64,000 nt of DNA from Eledone cirrhosa (lineage: Eukaryota). The notes beneath the pieces were generated by a model. It searched no databases. It saw only the letters and a list, made by a program, of their open reading frames with translations, and was not told the origin of the DNA. The DNA lies in the NCBI GenBank assembly GCA_964016885.1, contig OZ024746.1, forward strand, positions 92,194,001-92,258,000, in the 5' to 3' direction. Both the position numbers and the translations under genes were made by a program. Positions 37,201-52,200 of the stretch are shown piece by piece. Numbering within the stretch: the stretch's first letter is position 1; each line of letters opens with the position of its first letter.

Positions 37201-40200
37201 CACACTTATGTAGACCTGGTTGGTCCTCAATATGGTTGCATCTCAGAGGTGCCTTCATGGGTGTTTTAATGTTATTGTTTACTTTCTCCAACCAAGAGGC
37301 AAATTTCAATTTATTAAATAACTGCAAACATCACTCAATATATCAATCACCAACTACCATTCTACTAACTACTGTATATAGTGTCTCTGATATACAACAG
37401 AGTATATAGCTATGACAAGCTAGTGTATATAGTGTCTCTGATATACAACAGAGTATATAGCTATGACAAGCTAGTGTATATAGTGTCTCTGATATACAAC
37501 AGAGTATATAGCTATGACAAGCTAGTGTATATAGTGTGTGATATACAACAGAGTATATAGCTATGACAAGCTAGTGTATATAGTGTCTCTGATATACAAC
37601 AGAGTATATAGCTATGACAAGCTAGTGTATATAGTGTCTGATATACAACAGAGTATATAGCTATGACAAACTAGTGTATATAGTGTCTCTGATATACAAC
37701 AGAGTATATAGCTATGACAAGCTAGTGTATATAGTGTCTCTGATATACAACAGAGTATATAGCTATGACAAGCTAGTGTATATAGTGTCTCTGATATACA
37801 ACAGAGTATATAGCTATGACAAGCTAGTGTATATAGTGTCTCTGATGTACAACAGAGTATATAGCTATGACAAGCTAGTGTATATAGTGTGTGATATACA
37901 ACAAAGTATATAGTTATGACAAGCTAGTGTATATAGTGTGTGATATACAACAAAGTATATAGTTATGACAAGCTAGTGTATATAGTGTCTGATATACAAC
38001 AGAGTATATAGCTATGACAAGCTAGTGTATATAGTGTGTGATATACAACAAAGTATATAGTTATGACAAGCTAGTGTATATAGTGTCTGATATACAACAG
38101 AGTATATAGCTATGACAAGCTAGTGTATATAGTGTCTGATATACAACAGAGTATATAGCTATGACAAGCTAGTGTATATAGTGTCTCTGATATACAACAG
38201 AGTATATAGCTATGACAAGCTAGTGTATATAGTGTCTGATATACAACAGAGTATATAGCTATGACAAGCTAGTGTATATAGTGTCTGATGTACAACAGAG
38301 TATATAGCTATGACAAGCTAGTGTATATAGTGTCTGATGTACAACAGAGTATATAGCTATGACAAGCTAGTGTATATAGTGTGTGATATACAACAGAGTA
38401 TATAGCTATGACAAGCTAGTGTATATAGTGTGTGATATACAACAGAGTATATAGTTATGACAAGCTAGTGTATATAGTGTCTGATATACAACAGAGTATA
38501 TAGCTATGACAAGCTAGTGTATATAGTGTCTCTGATATACAACAGAGTATATAGTTATGACAAGCTAGTGTATATAGTGTCTGATATACAACAGAGTATA
38601 TAGCTATGACAAGCTAGTGTATATAGTGTCTGATGTACAACAGAGTATATAGCTATGACAAGCTAGTGTATATAGTGTGTGATATACAACAGAGTATATA
38701 GTTATGACAAGCTAGTGTATATAGTGTCTGATATACAACAGAGTATATAGCTATGACAAGCTAGTGTATATAGTGTCTCTGATATACAACAGAGTATATA
38801 GTTATGACAAGCTAGTGTATATAGTGTCTGATATACAACAGAGTATATAGCTATGACAAGCTAGTGTATATAGTGTCTGATGTACAACAGAGTATATAGC
38901 TATGACAAGCTAGTGTATATAGTGTGTGATATACAACAGAGTATATAGCTATGACAAGCTAGTGTATATAGTGTCTGATATACAACAGAGTATATAGCTA
39001 TGACAAGCTAGTGTATATAGTGTCTCTGATATACAACAGAGTATATAGCTATGACAAGCTAGTGTATATAGTGTCTGATATACAACAGAGTATATAGCTA
39101 TGACAAGCTAGTGTATATAGTGTCTGATGTACAACAGAGTATATAGCTATGACAAGCTAGTGTATATAGTGTCTGATGTACAACAGAGTATATAGCTATG
39201 ACAAGCTAGTGTATATAGTGTGTGATATACAACAGAGTATATAGCTATGACAAGCTAGTGTATATAGTGTGTGATATACAACAGAGTATATAGTTATGAC
39301 AAGCTAGTGTATATAGTGTCTGATATACAACAGAGTATATAGCTATGACAAGCTAGTGTATATAGTGTCTCTGATATACAACAGAGTATATAGCTATGAC
39401 AATCTAGTGTATATAGTGTGTGATATACAACAGAGTATATAGCTATGACAAGCTAGTGTATATAGTGTGTGATATACAACAGAGTATATAGCTATGACAA
39501 GCTAGTGTATATAGTGTGTGATATACAACAGAGTATATAGCTATGACAAGCTAGTGTATATAGTGTGTGATATACAACAGAGTATATAGCTATGACAAAC
39601 TATTTGCTGCACAATTGCTCCCAATGTATATCATTATCACTATTTTACATCTATTTTCCATACTTGCATGGCTAACACAAGTTGTCATACTAAGAGGATA
39701 GGTAAGTCAGGTGGCCACATCTTTTAGGATTGGTTTTCTACACCTGAATGCCATTTCAAACACGGACTGGGACCTTATTGCACCAGCGCTGCCATCTTAC
39801 AGGGTGGACTGGCTCTTTTTGTCATAGCATTAGTATGACAACCTTATAGGGTGAACTGAGCACTCTTTGCATCAGCGTAAACTGTATGCTTTTTATGGAG
39901 GTCCCAGCATTACCTCACTTAGAAATCTAAATAAGTTAGAGGACTTGTGAGCTTCAAGAATAGAAAGAAAAGTTTACCTAGTAGAAGCTCGACACTCTGG
40001 AGATAATGGGTGTGCCAAAGGACTTGGTGTGTTGCTCGAAGTGCTGACTAGTGGAATCCTTTGGGGAGCAACAGTTATAACATTCAACGAAGGACTTTTC
40101 ATGAATTCCATCGTGCACCCTGTACAACAGAAGTATGAAATCATATGAAGAGGTTCAAAGTACAAGAGAATTTTAGTTAATACATATATTGACAATGATT

Positions 40201-43200
40201 TTATGGAGTAGCAGGCAAAACATTCTAAACAAGTTCTATTGTTATAAGTTATAGTTGTGATTGACAATCTCATAGCATATAATACCAAAACACAAAAGAA
40301 ATAGATAATGAAATTTACAGCTCATGCCTATGTAAGTTTAGCTGGCCTCCTACAATGCTGCCCCTCATAGGTGGTATCTCAAGTGTTTTATAGACAGAGA
40401 TCCCAGTCCGACCACAAAAAGCAATGAAGTGCTCAAGAACACAATGCAGCAGACGATCTAGGAAGCAAACCAACGATGTTATGATTATAAGTCCAACATT
40501 CTAACAGCTAGGCCACATACCTTCATAAAACCTAATTATTTAAAGGAAACAACACTACACTCTCATTTGTTTTAACTTATAAAGATCCTTCTTAGAATAC
40601 ATACATGTAAATGTAAGTAATTCCTACGCTTAACTCACAGACTTGAAACAGCGATTAGCTCTGCTTTCATATTAAAATTAAAATTCTATTAAAAAAATAT
40701 CATAACACAAAGTTCAGTCAACACCAGAATATCATATCCTCATCGTTTGATGTCCAGTTTCCACATGTGTTAGGTCATCACATTATGAGACAAGTCAGGT
40801 CAGGAGACTGTGTCTTGCTCATATGAACCTGTATCTTGGTTTAGTTTCTATGGCTAGATGCCCTTCCTAACACCAACTACATTACAGAGTGGACTGGGTG
40901 CTTTTTTATTGTGGCACCAAAATAACCTGGCACCTAATATTTTTTCCCTGAGATTTTAATTTAAATATGAAAACTAAATATAAATATAGGTATAAACTCC
41001 ACACAATGTAAACCTTGGGTAAACGACAGCTGTTGGATGTGCAATGTAAGAGAGAGAGGCAGAGCTTGGATGAGTTGAGGGAGAAGCTGTTTTAAGGAGC
41101 AATTCAAGGTGGTGTGCAGGAGAGAAGACTGCATTGGTTTGGACATGTGATACGCATGAACAATGATTGTTGGGTAAAGAAGTGCCAGCAAATGCCAGTG
41201 GAAGGAAGTTGCAGTAGAAGCCAGAGGTTGTGAGAGCTGACCTCAAATCACTGAGACTCACAGAAGCAATGACAAAGGATCACGACATGTGGAGAGATGC
41301 CGTGCTGAGAAGGACCTGTCCAGCCCACGCAAACATGGAAAAACAGACATAAAAACAATGATGATGATGATGATGATATATATATGAAGTTAATGAATAC
41401 AAGCATAGTGTTTAACCAATGGAAAACATTGCCTATGACTTTCAAATAATCAAGAGTTTGGAAGGATTTAGTAATATAACTTTCTAATAAATAAACTGGA
41501 GCTCAAAACAAAGGTTGTAAGATAAAATCATGATGGAAAGGGTTTAGATAAATATAAACACTTTAAAAGAAACATCATTGTATCATAGAACGAGGACAAG
41601 AAATGTGGAGTATGTTGTTCAAGTGTCTATTGGTGTAGTATTGGTTTATTGAAGTAGAGGTGACCAGAGGCTAGATGATGGGGCTGGATAGTGGCTTGTT
41701 AGGCATGGACGATGGTGGGGCTGGATAGTGGCTTGTTAGGCAGGGACTAGATGGTGGGGATGAGTAGTGGCTTGTTAGGCAGGGACTAGATGGTGGGGAT
41801 GGGTAGTGGCTTGTTAGGCAGGGACTAGATGGTGGGGATGGGTAGTGGCTTGTTAGGCAGGGACTAGATGGTGGGGATGGGTAGTGGCTTGTTAGGCAGG
41901 GACTAGATGGTGGGGATGGGTAGTGGCTTGTTAGGCAGGGACTAGATGGTGGGGATGGGTAGTGGCTTGTTAGGCAGGAACTAGATGATGGGGCTGGATA
42001 GTGTCTTGTTAGGCAGGGACGATGGTGGGGCTGGATAGTGGCTTGTTAGGCAGGGACTAGATGGTGGGGATGGGTAGTGGCTTGTTAGGCAGGGACTAGA
42101 TGGTGGGGATGGGTAGTGGCTTGTTAGGCAGGGACTAGATGGTGGGGATGGGTAGTGGCTTGTTAGGCAGGGACTAGATGGTGGGGATGGGTAGTGGCTT
42201 GTTAGGCAGGGACTAGATGGTGGGGATGGGTAGTGGCTTGTTAGGCAGGGACTGGGTAGTGGGGATGGGTAGTGGCTTGTTAGGCAGGGACTAGATGGTG
42301 GGGATGGGTAGTGGCTTGTTAGGCAGGGACTAGATGGTGGGGATGGGTAGTGGCTTGTTAGGCAGGGACTAGATGGTGGGGATGGGTAGTGGCTTGTTAG
42401 GCAGGGACTAGATGGTGGGGATGGGTAGTGGCTTGTTAGGCAGGGACTAGATGGTGGGGATGGGTAGTGGCTTGTTAGGCAGGGACTAGATGGTGGGGAT
42501 GGGTAGTGGCTTGTTAGGCAGGGACTAGATGGTGGGGATGGGTAGTGGCTTGTTAGGCAGGGACTAGATGGTGGGGATGGGTAGTGGCTTGTTAGGCAGG
42601 GACTAGATGGTGGGGATGGGTAGTGGCTTGTTAGGCAGGGACTGGGTAGTGGCTTGTTAGGCAGGGACTGGGTGGTAGGGATAGGTAGTGGCTTGTTAGG
42701 CAGGGACTGGGTGGTAGGGATAGGTAGTGGCTTGTTAGGCAGAGACTAGATGGTGGGGCTGGGTAGTGGCTTGTTAGGCAACAACAACAATAACTGGGAC
42801 AAGTCACCTTCACTGATATAATTAAAACAAAAACAACCTATAAATAAGAAAGACTTACATTTCTTAGGTTCTGAACCATCTTTGGTGGGGCTTTCTACTT
42901 CAGATTCTTCAGAAACTGTATTATTAAGGGATACAACACCAGCACAGACTGTCTCCTCTACGTTAGTATCTCCATTAATACTAGAACTAATAACACCACT
43001 TTGATTTCCTATACTGGGACTTGTGAATCCAGCAAAACTGTTAAAAAGTGCCTTTCTTTTAGGGGCTTTCACTACTTCTTTGCTTTCTTCAGGTTTTTTC
43101 TCTTTTAAAGATTCGTCCGTTACAGATAGCGTTGACTTAATTAAATTGCTTGCAGGACTTGCAGCAGAAACTTCTCTTAAAGTGTAATCTTGTTTCATTG

Positions 43201-46200
43201 GCAGTTCAGGAGTTAACTCAATTTCATTTAAAGAAATTTTGCATGTTGAATCTGTAGGATTTAAAAAAGCAAAATTATTTCAATTAAAAATTCTATTTTA
43301 ATATAAATTCAAAGCATACTTCAAATAAAATTGCAACTAGACAAATGGCAATTTCTTTGGTTAAACCAGTGACTGCCCAGACCTATCATCAGTTTGCCTA
43401 AACTACTTTCACTCTAACAACTCCTTAGTCCTTCAATAACCAATATTAACCCTTTAACATTTACATTACTCTATATTTACTATTGTATTTTCACGGTAAA
43501 GGCTTTATCTCAAATAATATCGAATCTACGAGATTTTGATATTATTCATTTTGAGAACAATACCTTAACATAAGTATGAACAGATGGTTACAACCAATTT
43601 GAACAGAAGGAGGTAAGAGAATTCTGGCTGCATATGGCTGGCTTAAATGCTAAAGGGTTGAATTTGATCAAGTGATTTCATCTTTCCAAAGTGTAAATGA
43701 CATTTAAAATCTGTCTGAAATACCAGAGTACTTTTGCTTCAATATTTATTCAATACTTGGTAAACAGAGATCTGTCTGTACTCAATGCAGGAGCCTTTGT
43801 CTTATCAGTCGGGTAACTCTGTAGGTGTTTCAGTTCCTTCCACTGTGGTAAACACCAGAGCTACTCAGGTCCACTCAACAGTGTAGGTGACTAAACTCCT
43901 GCACAACAGCAGAATATTTGATGAGTCTGGGGTTATGACTCCAAGTGAGACATCTCCATTCACTTCCATGTGTCAAGCGCACCATTACAAAATGAAGGCA
44001 GTTTTGATGGAGTGATAACAGTTTTCCCATGTCTGGTATGTCACTTTAAAAGGGTCTCCAATTATTACATCATCCAGAGGGAGACAATACACCAGTGTTT
44101 CTTAAAGTTGGGTCTGGGATTTCAGAATGGTGAGAGCTATTTTTCATAGAATTTAAAAGCTGTTTTATTTTTTTTTTTTAATTTCGTAATTTTTGTGCCA
44201 TACAATTTATAGTATTTGGACCTGTAACATTTTCTGATTTGTGCCAATACAACATACAAGAAATCTTAGCCAGTTCTCTTGGTTGAAAAAGTAACAACAA
44301 TGAATGTCAATGTTGATCACTTTAAAATGTTGATTTATAAACTCAATGAGACTGTATGACTCTCTTGGTTGACTCAACCATTCTTGGTGGATTTATCTAC
44401 CACTGCAATACCAACACAACTTATCCAACTTACAAGATGAGTCTGTGAAAAATGACAAAATTGCTCCCTCGAATTAAACAATATAATTCTTACCATGCTA
44501 AAGATCTTTAGATTTTAATGTATGGAATAAAAAGTGTTATTAATAACACACTGGGGCATCCATCTTTGAAATAAAAATTATTTTACAATCTATTAAATAT
44601 AATCATATTTTCCAGTGTGGTTTGTTTTTTTCCTCTTATCTTTACTTCACTGATAATGACAAATTTTCTCACACACCTTGCCTCAAAACTCTAACCCACC
44701 AATGGAACCACAAACCCTGTTGTGAAACACCTCTCTATACCATAATAAATAACTAAAATGTCTGTATTTGACCCAAATCATGAGAACTTACCGAGGAAGG
44801 TTTTAGTCTTTTTCAAAATTGGTGTTAAAGATTCTCTCCTTTGCTTCACACTTTTATCTAAAGTGGCTGTAAGAAAAAGACAAAAAATGATTAAATAAAA
44901 ACACAAATAAATGAAACAAAAAATAAACCATCAACCACAACTTCAAGGAAACAGTTATGACATCTACACAAGATATAACAGTTATGATATCTGTACAAGA
45001 TGTAACAGTTGATATCTGTACAAGATGTAACAGTTGACATCTGTACAAGATGTAACAGTTATGACATCTGTACAAGATGTAACAGTTATGACATCTGTAC
45101 AAGATATAACAGTGATGACACCTGCACCAGATGTAACAGTTATGACATCTGTACAAAATATAAGAACAGTTATGACACCTGCACAAGATGTAAAAGTTAT
45201 GACATTTGTACAAGATGTAACAGTTATGACATTTGTACAAGATGTAACACAAAATTGAACTTACGTGACAAAATAATACGACTGAGAATTGGAAGGTCCA
45301 AAGTACTTTCAAATGACACAGCATTTGGACTTTTGTTATGTTCCTTTAGTGTAGTTTCATCAGCCCATACTACTTCTTTTTCTCCATATCTTTGCCTCAT
45401 AGTTTGGTTATAATCCAACTGAAGTTCAGAGGAAACCAGATTATGTTCGTGAACTGTACTATACAGATTTGTCATAGTCTGGTGCATATTTTTTATCAAC
45501 CTGGAAAAGAAAAGCAAAACCAAAATTCAAAACACATTAACTCTTTTATTAATGTATTTCAAATTAAAGATACTGCCTATAATTTCCAAATCCTTTTGAA
45601 AATACAAATTGTTTAACTGGTGTTTGGAACATAACAAAGGTTCTTACATAAAATTATGGTGGAAGTTTTTTAGATAAATAATAAAAAAACTCTCTCTCAT
45701 AGAACGAGGGGTGGTTTCATGCGGTTTGGTATTAAAAGGATTAAATAAAGGCAAGATTTGTCTCTCTTTTAAGTCTCAATATTTATTGTCCCATTTCAAG
45801 TCAACATTGATTCCATAACAGTTGAACTTCAGGCATTTTTTAGTTTGGTGGAGTCTTATACAACTGGATACCTGGTTACTTTCTTCTGAGTTAAGCTTAC
45901 AATTCAAACTGATTATAAATCTATTATTCAGAACATTAAAACATTAATTTCTGAAGGTTGTTTATGTTGATTCTCAGTTAGAAAGACATATCTATTTAAG
46001 TATGTGTTAATAGTGTAAACAGGATAACTTATATTTAACACGTTCAATACCAATACCAAACTACCTACAACTGCCTCATATTCTACAATACAAAACTGTT
46101 TGTTTTACAGTGTTTATATTTATCTAAAACCCTTCCATCAGAATTTTATATAAGAAACTTTGTTAAGTTATGCTCCAAACACCAGCTTAGTAACAAGATA

Positions 46201-49200
46201 AAATACTTAGTGTATATACTCATGTATAAACCAATCCCCCCGCATCACCACGGACACACATTTTATGCTTGAGAAATAGGCAAACACCCAAACCTTGTGT
46301 ATAAGATGGGGCAACTAATCAACACATGTTTGGATGACACAGTCTTGAAATTCTAATGAGTGGAGAATATTGTTAGGAAGTTTTAATATTTTCATGTTTT
46401 TAAGTCTCATCAATTTTTTTAACACGTATTTCTCACCTTACACATGAGTATACACGGTATGGTGGCGAATTGGCAGTGTCATTAAAACATCAAACAGAAT
46501 GCTTTATGGTATTTGGCACGAATACCAAATGGAAGATAGCAAGTTTGGCTTTTACACCGACCTCCCTTCTTCTGAATGCTGAAGCTGGCGCATTACTGCA
46601 CCAGCTCCTGCAATTCTTGCACTTAATTCAGCATCTTGCTTTCCATCACTCATGAATCACTGACATAACACTCATTTCAACAGGGATTGGTTTAAATCCA
46701 GTAATACAGGTTAATAAGGATTCGAAGAAACTGAAGCTCCCAACTCTGAAGCATATAACCCAAAATTCTATGATTAGAATTTAAACAAACCTTTCTTTAC
46801 TGTTACTCTCTACCTCTTGAAAGTTGGCTATTTTCTTTAGATGAGTGATATAAGTTAGAGAATCACTGAGTTCTACCTCCAGATGGTGAGATCGTAGTTT
46901 CTCATCAAGTAGCTGAAGAAGAAGAAAATTGTAGATATTTTAAGTAGAGAGAGAAAATATTTATTCTCTCACATCCATCAAAAAAGAAAGCAACACACGC
47001 ATATAGCTTTCTAAGGGAAGCAACTCTAAAAGAGCAGTACGAAAATAAATACAGGTTGAAAGGAGACTTCTAAACGCCAGATTTCTGAAGGACCTTTGGT
47101 GTCCTCAGTCTCCAAGCTGACCTTTCCCTCTGTAAAACTGGAAACAGTGCATTCCACCTGAGAAGTGAGCCCCAGAAAGTGAAGTAACTCAGGCAGAAAG
47201 CTTTGCTGGCTGTTCTCAGCAACAATACATTCCCCATATTGTTTGCAGGGCACAGCTGTACCACCTAGACTGGGGTGTAAGTCTGGTACACAGCTGTACC
47301 ACCTAGACTGGGGTGTAAGTCTGGTACACAGCTGTACCACCTAGACTAGGGTGTAGAGTTTTGTATACAGCTGTGATATACCACCTACACTGGGGTGTAC
47401 AGTCTGGTACACAGCTGAACCACCTACACTGGGGTGTAGTCTGGTACGCAGCTGAGATATACCACCCAGACTGGGGTGTAGTCTGGTACACACAGCTGAA
47501 CCACCTACACTGGGGTGTACAGTCTGGTACACACAGCTGAACCACCTACACTGGGGTGTACAGTCTGATACACACAGCTGAGATATACCACCTACACTGG
47601 GGTGTACAGTCTGGTACACACAGCTGAGATATACAACCTACACTGAGGTGTACAGTCTGCCGTTCTCTGCCACCTCTCTTCCACCTACTTTCATTATTTA
47701 ATTTTTTTTATTGCAAACATTAAATAATTTAATTGAAATTCATTCAATAACGTTATTAGCAACAGAGATCAATAATTACAGGTGAAATCTTCCTTCCAAT
47801 CAATAAAGTTATTAGCAACAAATCAATAATTACAGGTGAAATCTTCCTTTCAATCAATAAGGTTATTAGCAACAAATCAATAATTACCGGTGAAATCTTC
47901 TCTCCATTTAGTGCCATCTCTCCATGAATTCGTTCCAAATGTTTTTCATTCTCCAAAAATTTATTTTTCAAATTGGCAATATTAGAATCAATACTTTTTA
48001 GTCTTCTGTTAGATAAATCAATATCTTTCTTAATTTTCTGTAAAGAAAAAAAAAAAGAAAATAATAATATTGGTTTCTGATTAAGGCACAAGACCAGTAA
48101 TTTTGGGGGAGGGGAAAGTCAATTAAATTGACTCCCACCCCACCCTCCAGTGCATAACTGGTGCCTTATTTTATCAACCCCCTAATGATGAAAGGCAAAG
48201 CCAACCTCGACGAGATTTGAACTCGGAATGTAAAAGGACGTAACTATATGCCACAAAGCAAGGCGTCCGATGCTCTACCAATTCTACCAATCCACTGTCA
48301 TAATAATAATAATAAATGGAAAATCGTGAACTACAATTTGTTTGATGGGTGAAGAAGTGACAGAAATTGCGGAAAGAAGTCAGAAACTTGGGAGATGAAC
48401 CTCACAAAGGAGATGATACAGGAGACAAATGGAACTATACGAGAGGATTCATCTAACCTATGCAAGTAAGACAAAATGGATCTAAAAATAAGGATGAGAC
48501 ACATTTTCTTTGATATGTACTCACACTTAAAAAACACTTCATTCTACAAATGGCACTTTAACTTGTTATTTACATTAAAAGTCCTCCCCACTATTGTTTA
48601 CCTTGCTGGCATGGCTTGATATTGTCACCACAGACTGGTCAGTGTTCAAGCAGAGCCACTGACCTCCATGTGGGTTGAATTAACCTCCAGAACAGCTTAG
48701 CATCTGGTCCAAAGGAAAGTCTTTTTCTTTCGTAAGACTGGGGCCCCTATCGTTAAAACAATAGATGAAATGCAACCTTGTAGGAAGCCAAGTAAGCCTA
48801 CATAGGTATGAGCTGTAACAGCCAAAAAATGGATCAAAGATGTTGGGAGTAAGAACATCTTAGAACACAAGAGATGTAACTAACTTTCACATTAAGTTGT
48901 TGTTTGGAGAATAACACAAGCCAATGAAAGGTTGTCACATTCTTTCATTTGCCCGTTCTGCCACTGTCATGCAGGACCTCAGATGGATGTTGCTTCATGG
49001 TCCCTGCAGATCAAATTGAAAAGGTGTTATTCAGGATAGCAAGGGAGATGTGTTAAGATATTCTGATAGCTGAGAGTTGGGTGGTGGTGGTTTAGGGACC
49101 CTGAAGATAGCAAGGGAGATGTGTTGAGATATTCTGATAGTTGAGAGTAGGGTGGTGGTTTAGGGACCCTGAATACCTGAAGTTTCCACTGCTACTTCAA

Positions 49201-52200
49201 CAGCTTGATATTTTCAGGTTGTCAAGCAATAAAACCTGGATCTATCACTGAATTCACCAGGTTACTGCTAGAGACGGTGTCACATCCCAGGCGAGGGGGC
49301 TTACCACTGTTGAATGAGAAGATTGTGATGCCACCTGGCCTTTTGGTGTCTAACTTCACTGATTCAAGCTACAATGGGAAGCCCAAACAGCCAGCATATG
49401 ATATACAGATATTTTCCCCTGATTAAATAAACTAACATTTCAAAAGGATGAAGCAAACAAATGTTTCCTTAGCCCAGCTTACTTTTAGATGTTTATCAGT
49501 TACACTTTCATCACCAGCTTCCATTTGAGTCAAAATACGCTGTTTACAGTGTATTTTCCAGCGGTTGGCACGTCTTTCACTCTCCTGCAAAAGGATCTCT
49601 TTACGAATAGACTTTCTTTCAGTGAATAAATTATAAAGTATTTCTTGCAACCTTAAAGAGAGTTAAAAGAACATAAAACTATTACAATCACATCATTGTT
49701 TGATAATTAAAAGATTTTTTAAATAATACACAATACTTACCATATATACTCAAACATACGCTGCATATATAGTAAATGTTAATTCATAAATTAATTTAAA
49801 GAACATTAGCTAGTGGCATTCAAATGAAACATAATTAAATGTTCAACACAAACCTTTTTTCTTCTTCACATTCTTGTAATTTGGGGATACTTTGTTTCAA
49901 ATCAATACCTTCAAATTCCTTCAATTTATTTTTAAGTTGCTGAACCTAGAATATATCAACAAATAAATAATATCAAAAAGAATGACCCCTTAATCAGGGA
50001 ACAAAATTTCAAGATTAAAGGGAGGGTTCAAATGTTGCTTTGAACATCTTCATACTAATGAAATGGCAAAGACTTTGTGGATAGGGTGTTTGATAGAGGA
50101 ATATTGTGTCTTTGAGTAAGCCAACTCACCTGGAAAGAATTAGTTGTACCTGTGATTAAAAGGACTAGCCTTCTCACACTGCATCTCCCTGAGAATTATG
50201 TCATAATTACATGTCAGTGAAATGATCAGCCACTTACTCTTGAATATCATGAGGAGGATCAAACAGTGACATCTGTTGAACATGACCACACAACAGTGAC
50301 ATCTGTTGTGAGAAATGACAGATGTTGAACAACATAACCACACAACAGTGACATCTGTTGTGAGAAACGACAGGCTCAACACTCTGTAGAACCCATTCAC
50401 AAAAATGTTACTGCTGTACTAAAAACATCATCATCATTATCATTTTAACATCCACTTTTCCTTGTAGCAAGGCTTGGATGTGTCTACATAGACCAAGTCA
50501 ATACTGAAGCGAGGCTACTGATCTGCATCTTGCTTACGTGCAGTCTCATGTTCTACTGAGTGCACAGGGGAAGTTGTCATGTCTTTGACATAACTGAAGG
50601 GTCCTCGCAACCATTTGTTTGGCAAGCTTTCTACAGCTGGATGCCCTTCCTATCACCAACCACTTTACAGCGTGTACTGTATGCATTTATCATGAACCCC
50701 AACACCAGAGAGACAGTGATGACATAGCTGAAGGGTCCCCACCCCCCAACCCTTTTTTTGGCAAGCTTTCTCTGGAGCTTCCACAGAGGAATTGATTGAT
50801 ATATCCTAAACCTCATTCACTTAATGAGTAGGATGGAACTCGTCCAATCGAACCAAGGAAACACTGTTTCCATTGGTCTTTCCATCACTGAGACTATCTA
50901 CCAATTGCAACTCCTAGCAGAAGAAGCAACATGAAATTATGTAACATAACGCATCACCCAGTTGAGGAATCGAACAAAGGCACCCAGTTCACACTGTAAA
51001 GTGGTCATGTAGGTGTCGTGACAAAATGCACCATGTACACACTGTAAAGTGGTTGTGAAGGCACCTCTTAACCACTATACACCCACCCACTGCTGTCCAT
51101 ACCACCCTTACACTGAACAAAATATATCCAGCACACACTGCTAACTGGCTATGTAGGTGTCACAACAAAAAGCACCCAGCACACTCAGTAAACGTGCTTA
51201 GCGTTAGGAAAGGGCATCCAGCTGTAGAAATCCAGCCAGAAACAGTTCCATATGAGCAAGACATGGTCATGTGACCTAGCTTGCCTCAAATGGGACAACC
51301 CGTCTAACACATGGTAGTGTGGAAAGTGGACATTAAACGATGATGATAATGATGATATATTTACACATACACATAGATATATAATTGTTTCTACTTTTGG
51401 CACAAGGCCAGCAATTACCCAGTGTATTACTGGTACTTTATTTTATCGACCCCCGTAAGGATGAAAGGCAAAGTTAACCTTGGCGGGATTTGAACTCAGA
51501 ATGGCAAGGGCCGTAACTCTATACGTCCGACCCTCTACCGATACTGCCAATCCACCGCACATAGATATATAATGGGCTTCTCCAAGCTTTCTGTATTCCA
51601 AATTCCACTCATGTGACATTGGTCACCGAGGTCAGAGTAGATTTCTATGTGGTTCCAAAGCAAACTCCTTCACCACTTTGCCTGCACATATTATGTAACA
51701 ATATTAGAAATCATTGTTATGTAACACGAAGAATTTGATCCCAATAATCTTGTCACTTGTAGCAGCATGAGATACCAAAAAAGAGCAACCCACCTCATCT
51801 CGAAGATCTTCCACAATTTTTCCATATTTGCTGATGTTAGATTTCACACTCATGATATTCTTCTTCAACTGTTGACAAAAACAACAAACAATGAACAACA
51901 ATAATAAACAGAAACATGTCAACAGTGCTGCAAAACTGGAATTGACCTTCTCATTGTACACAGAGGTAGTTTATTTCTAATACCACAGCCTAGGTGGTTC
52001 AATTAATTTTGAAAATAACTAAATTTTAAATGTTTACTGTAGATTCTCGAATATTACGCAAGAAATATGTAGTAAAACAATTGATGGAAAGATGGGAGGT
52101 TGGCTTATATATGCCATCTAAACCAGGCATGGACAACCTTTTTCAAGTAGTGAGCTACATAGGATGTGGCTCTTCATAAAGCGGGCCACACTACTAAGAA

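Noticed and set aside
41700-42780. Interstitial telomere
   Set aside because: Only one TTAGGC per 39-bp unit, not tandem telomeric hexamers
44494-44565. Candidate extra kinesin exon ending in GTAAG
   Set aside because: Stops in all frames from the available acceptors; flanking exons already join in phase
44854-45413. Cys-rich repeat ORFs (CNSYDICTR) resembling metallothionein or keratin-associated proteins
   Set aside because: Translation of a 27-bp intronic minisatellite; open in several frames on both strands
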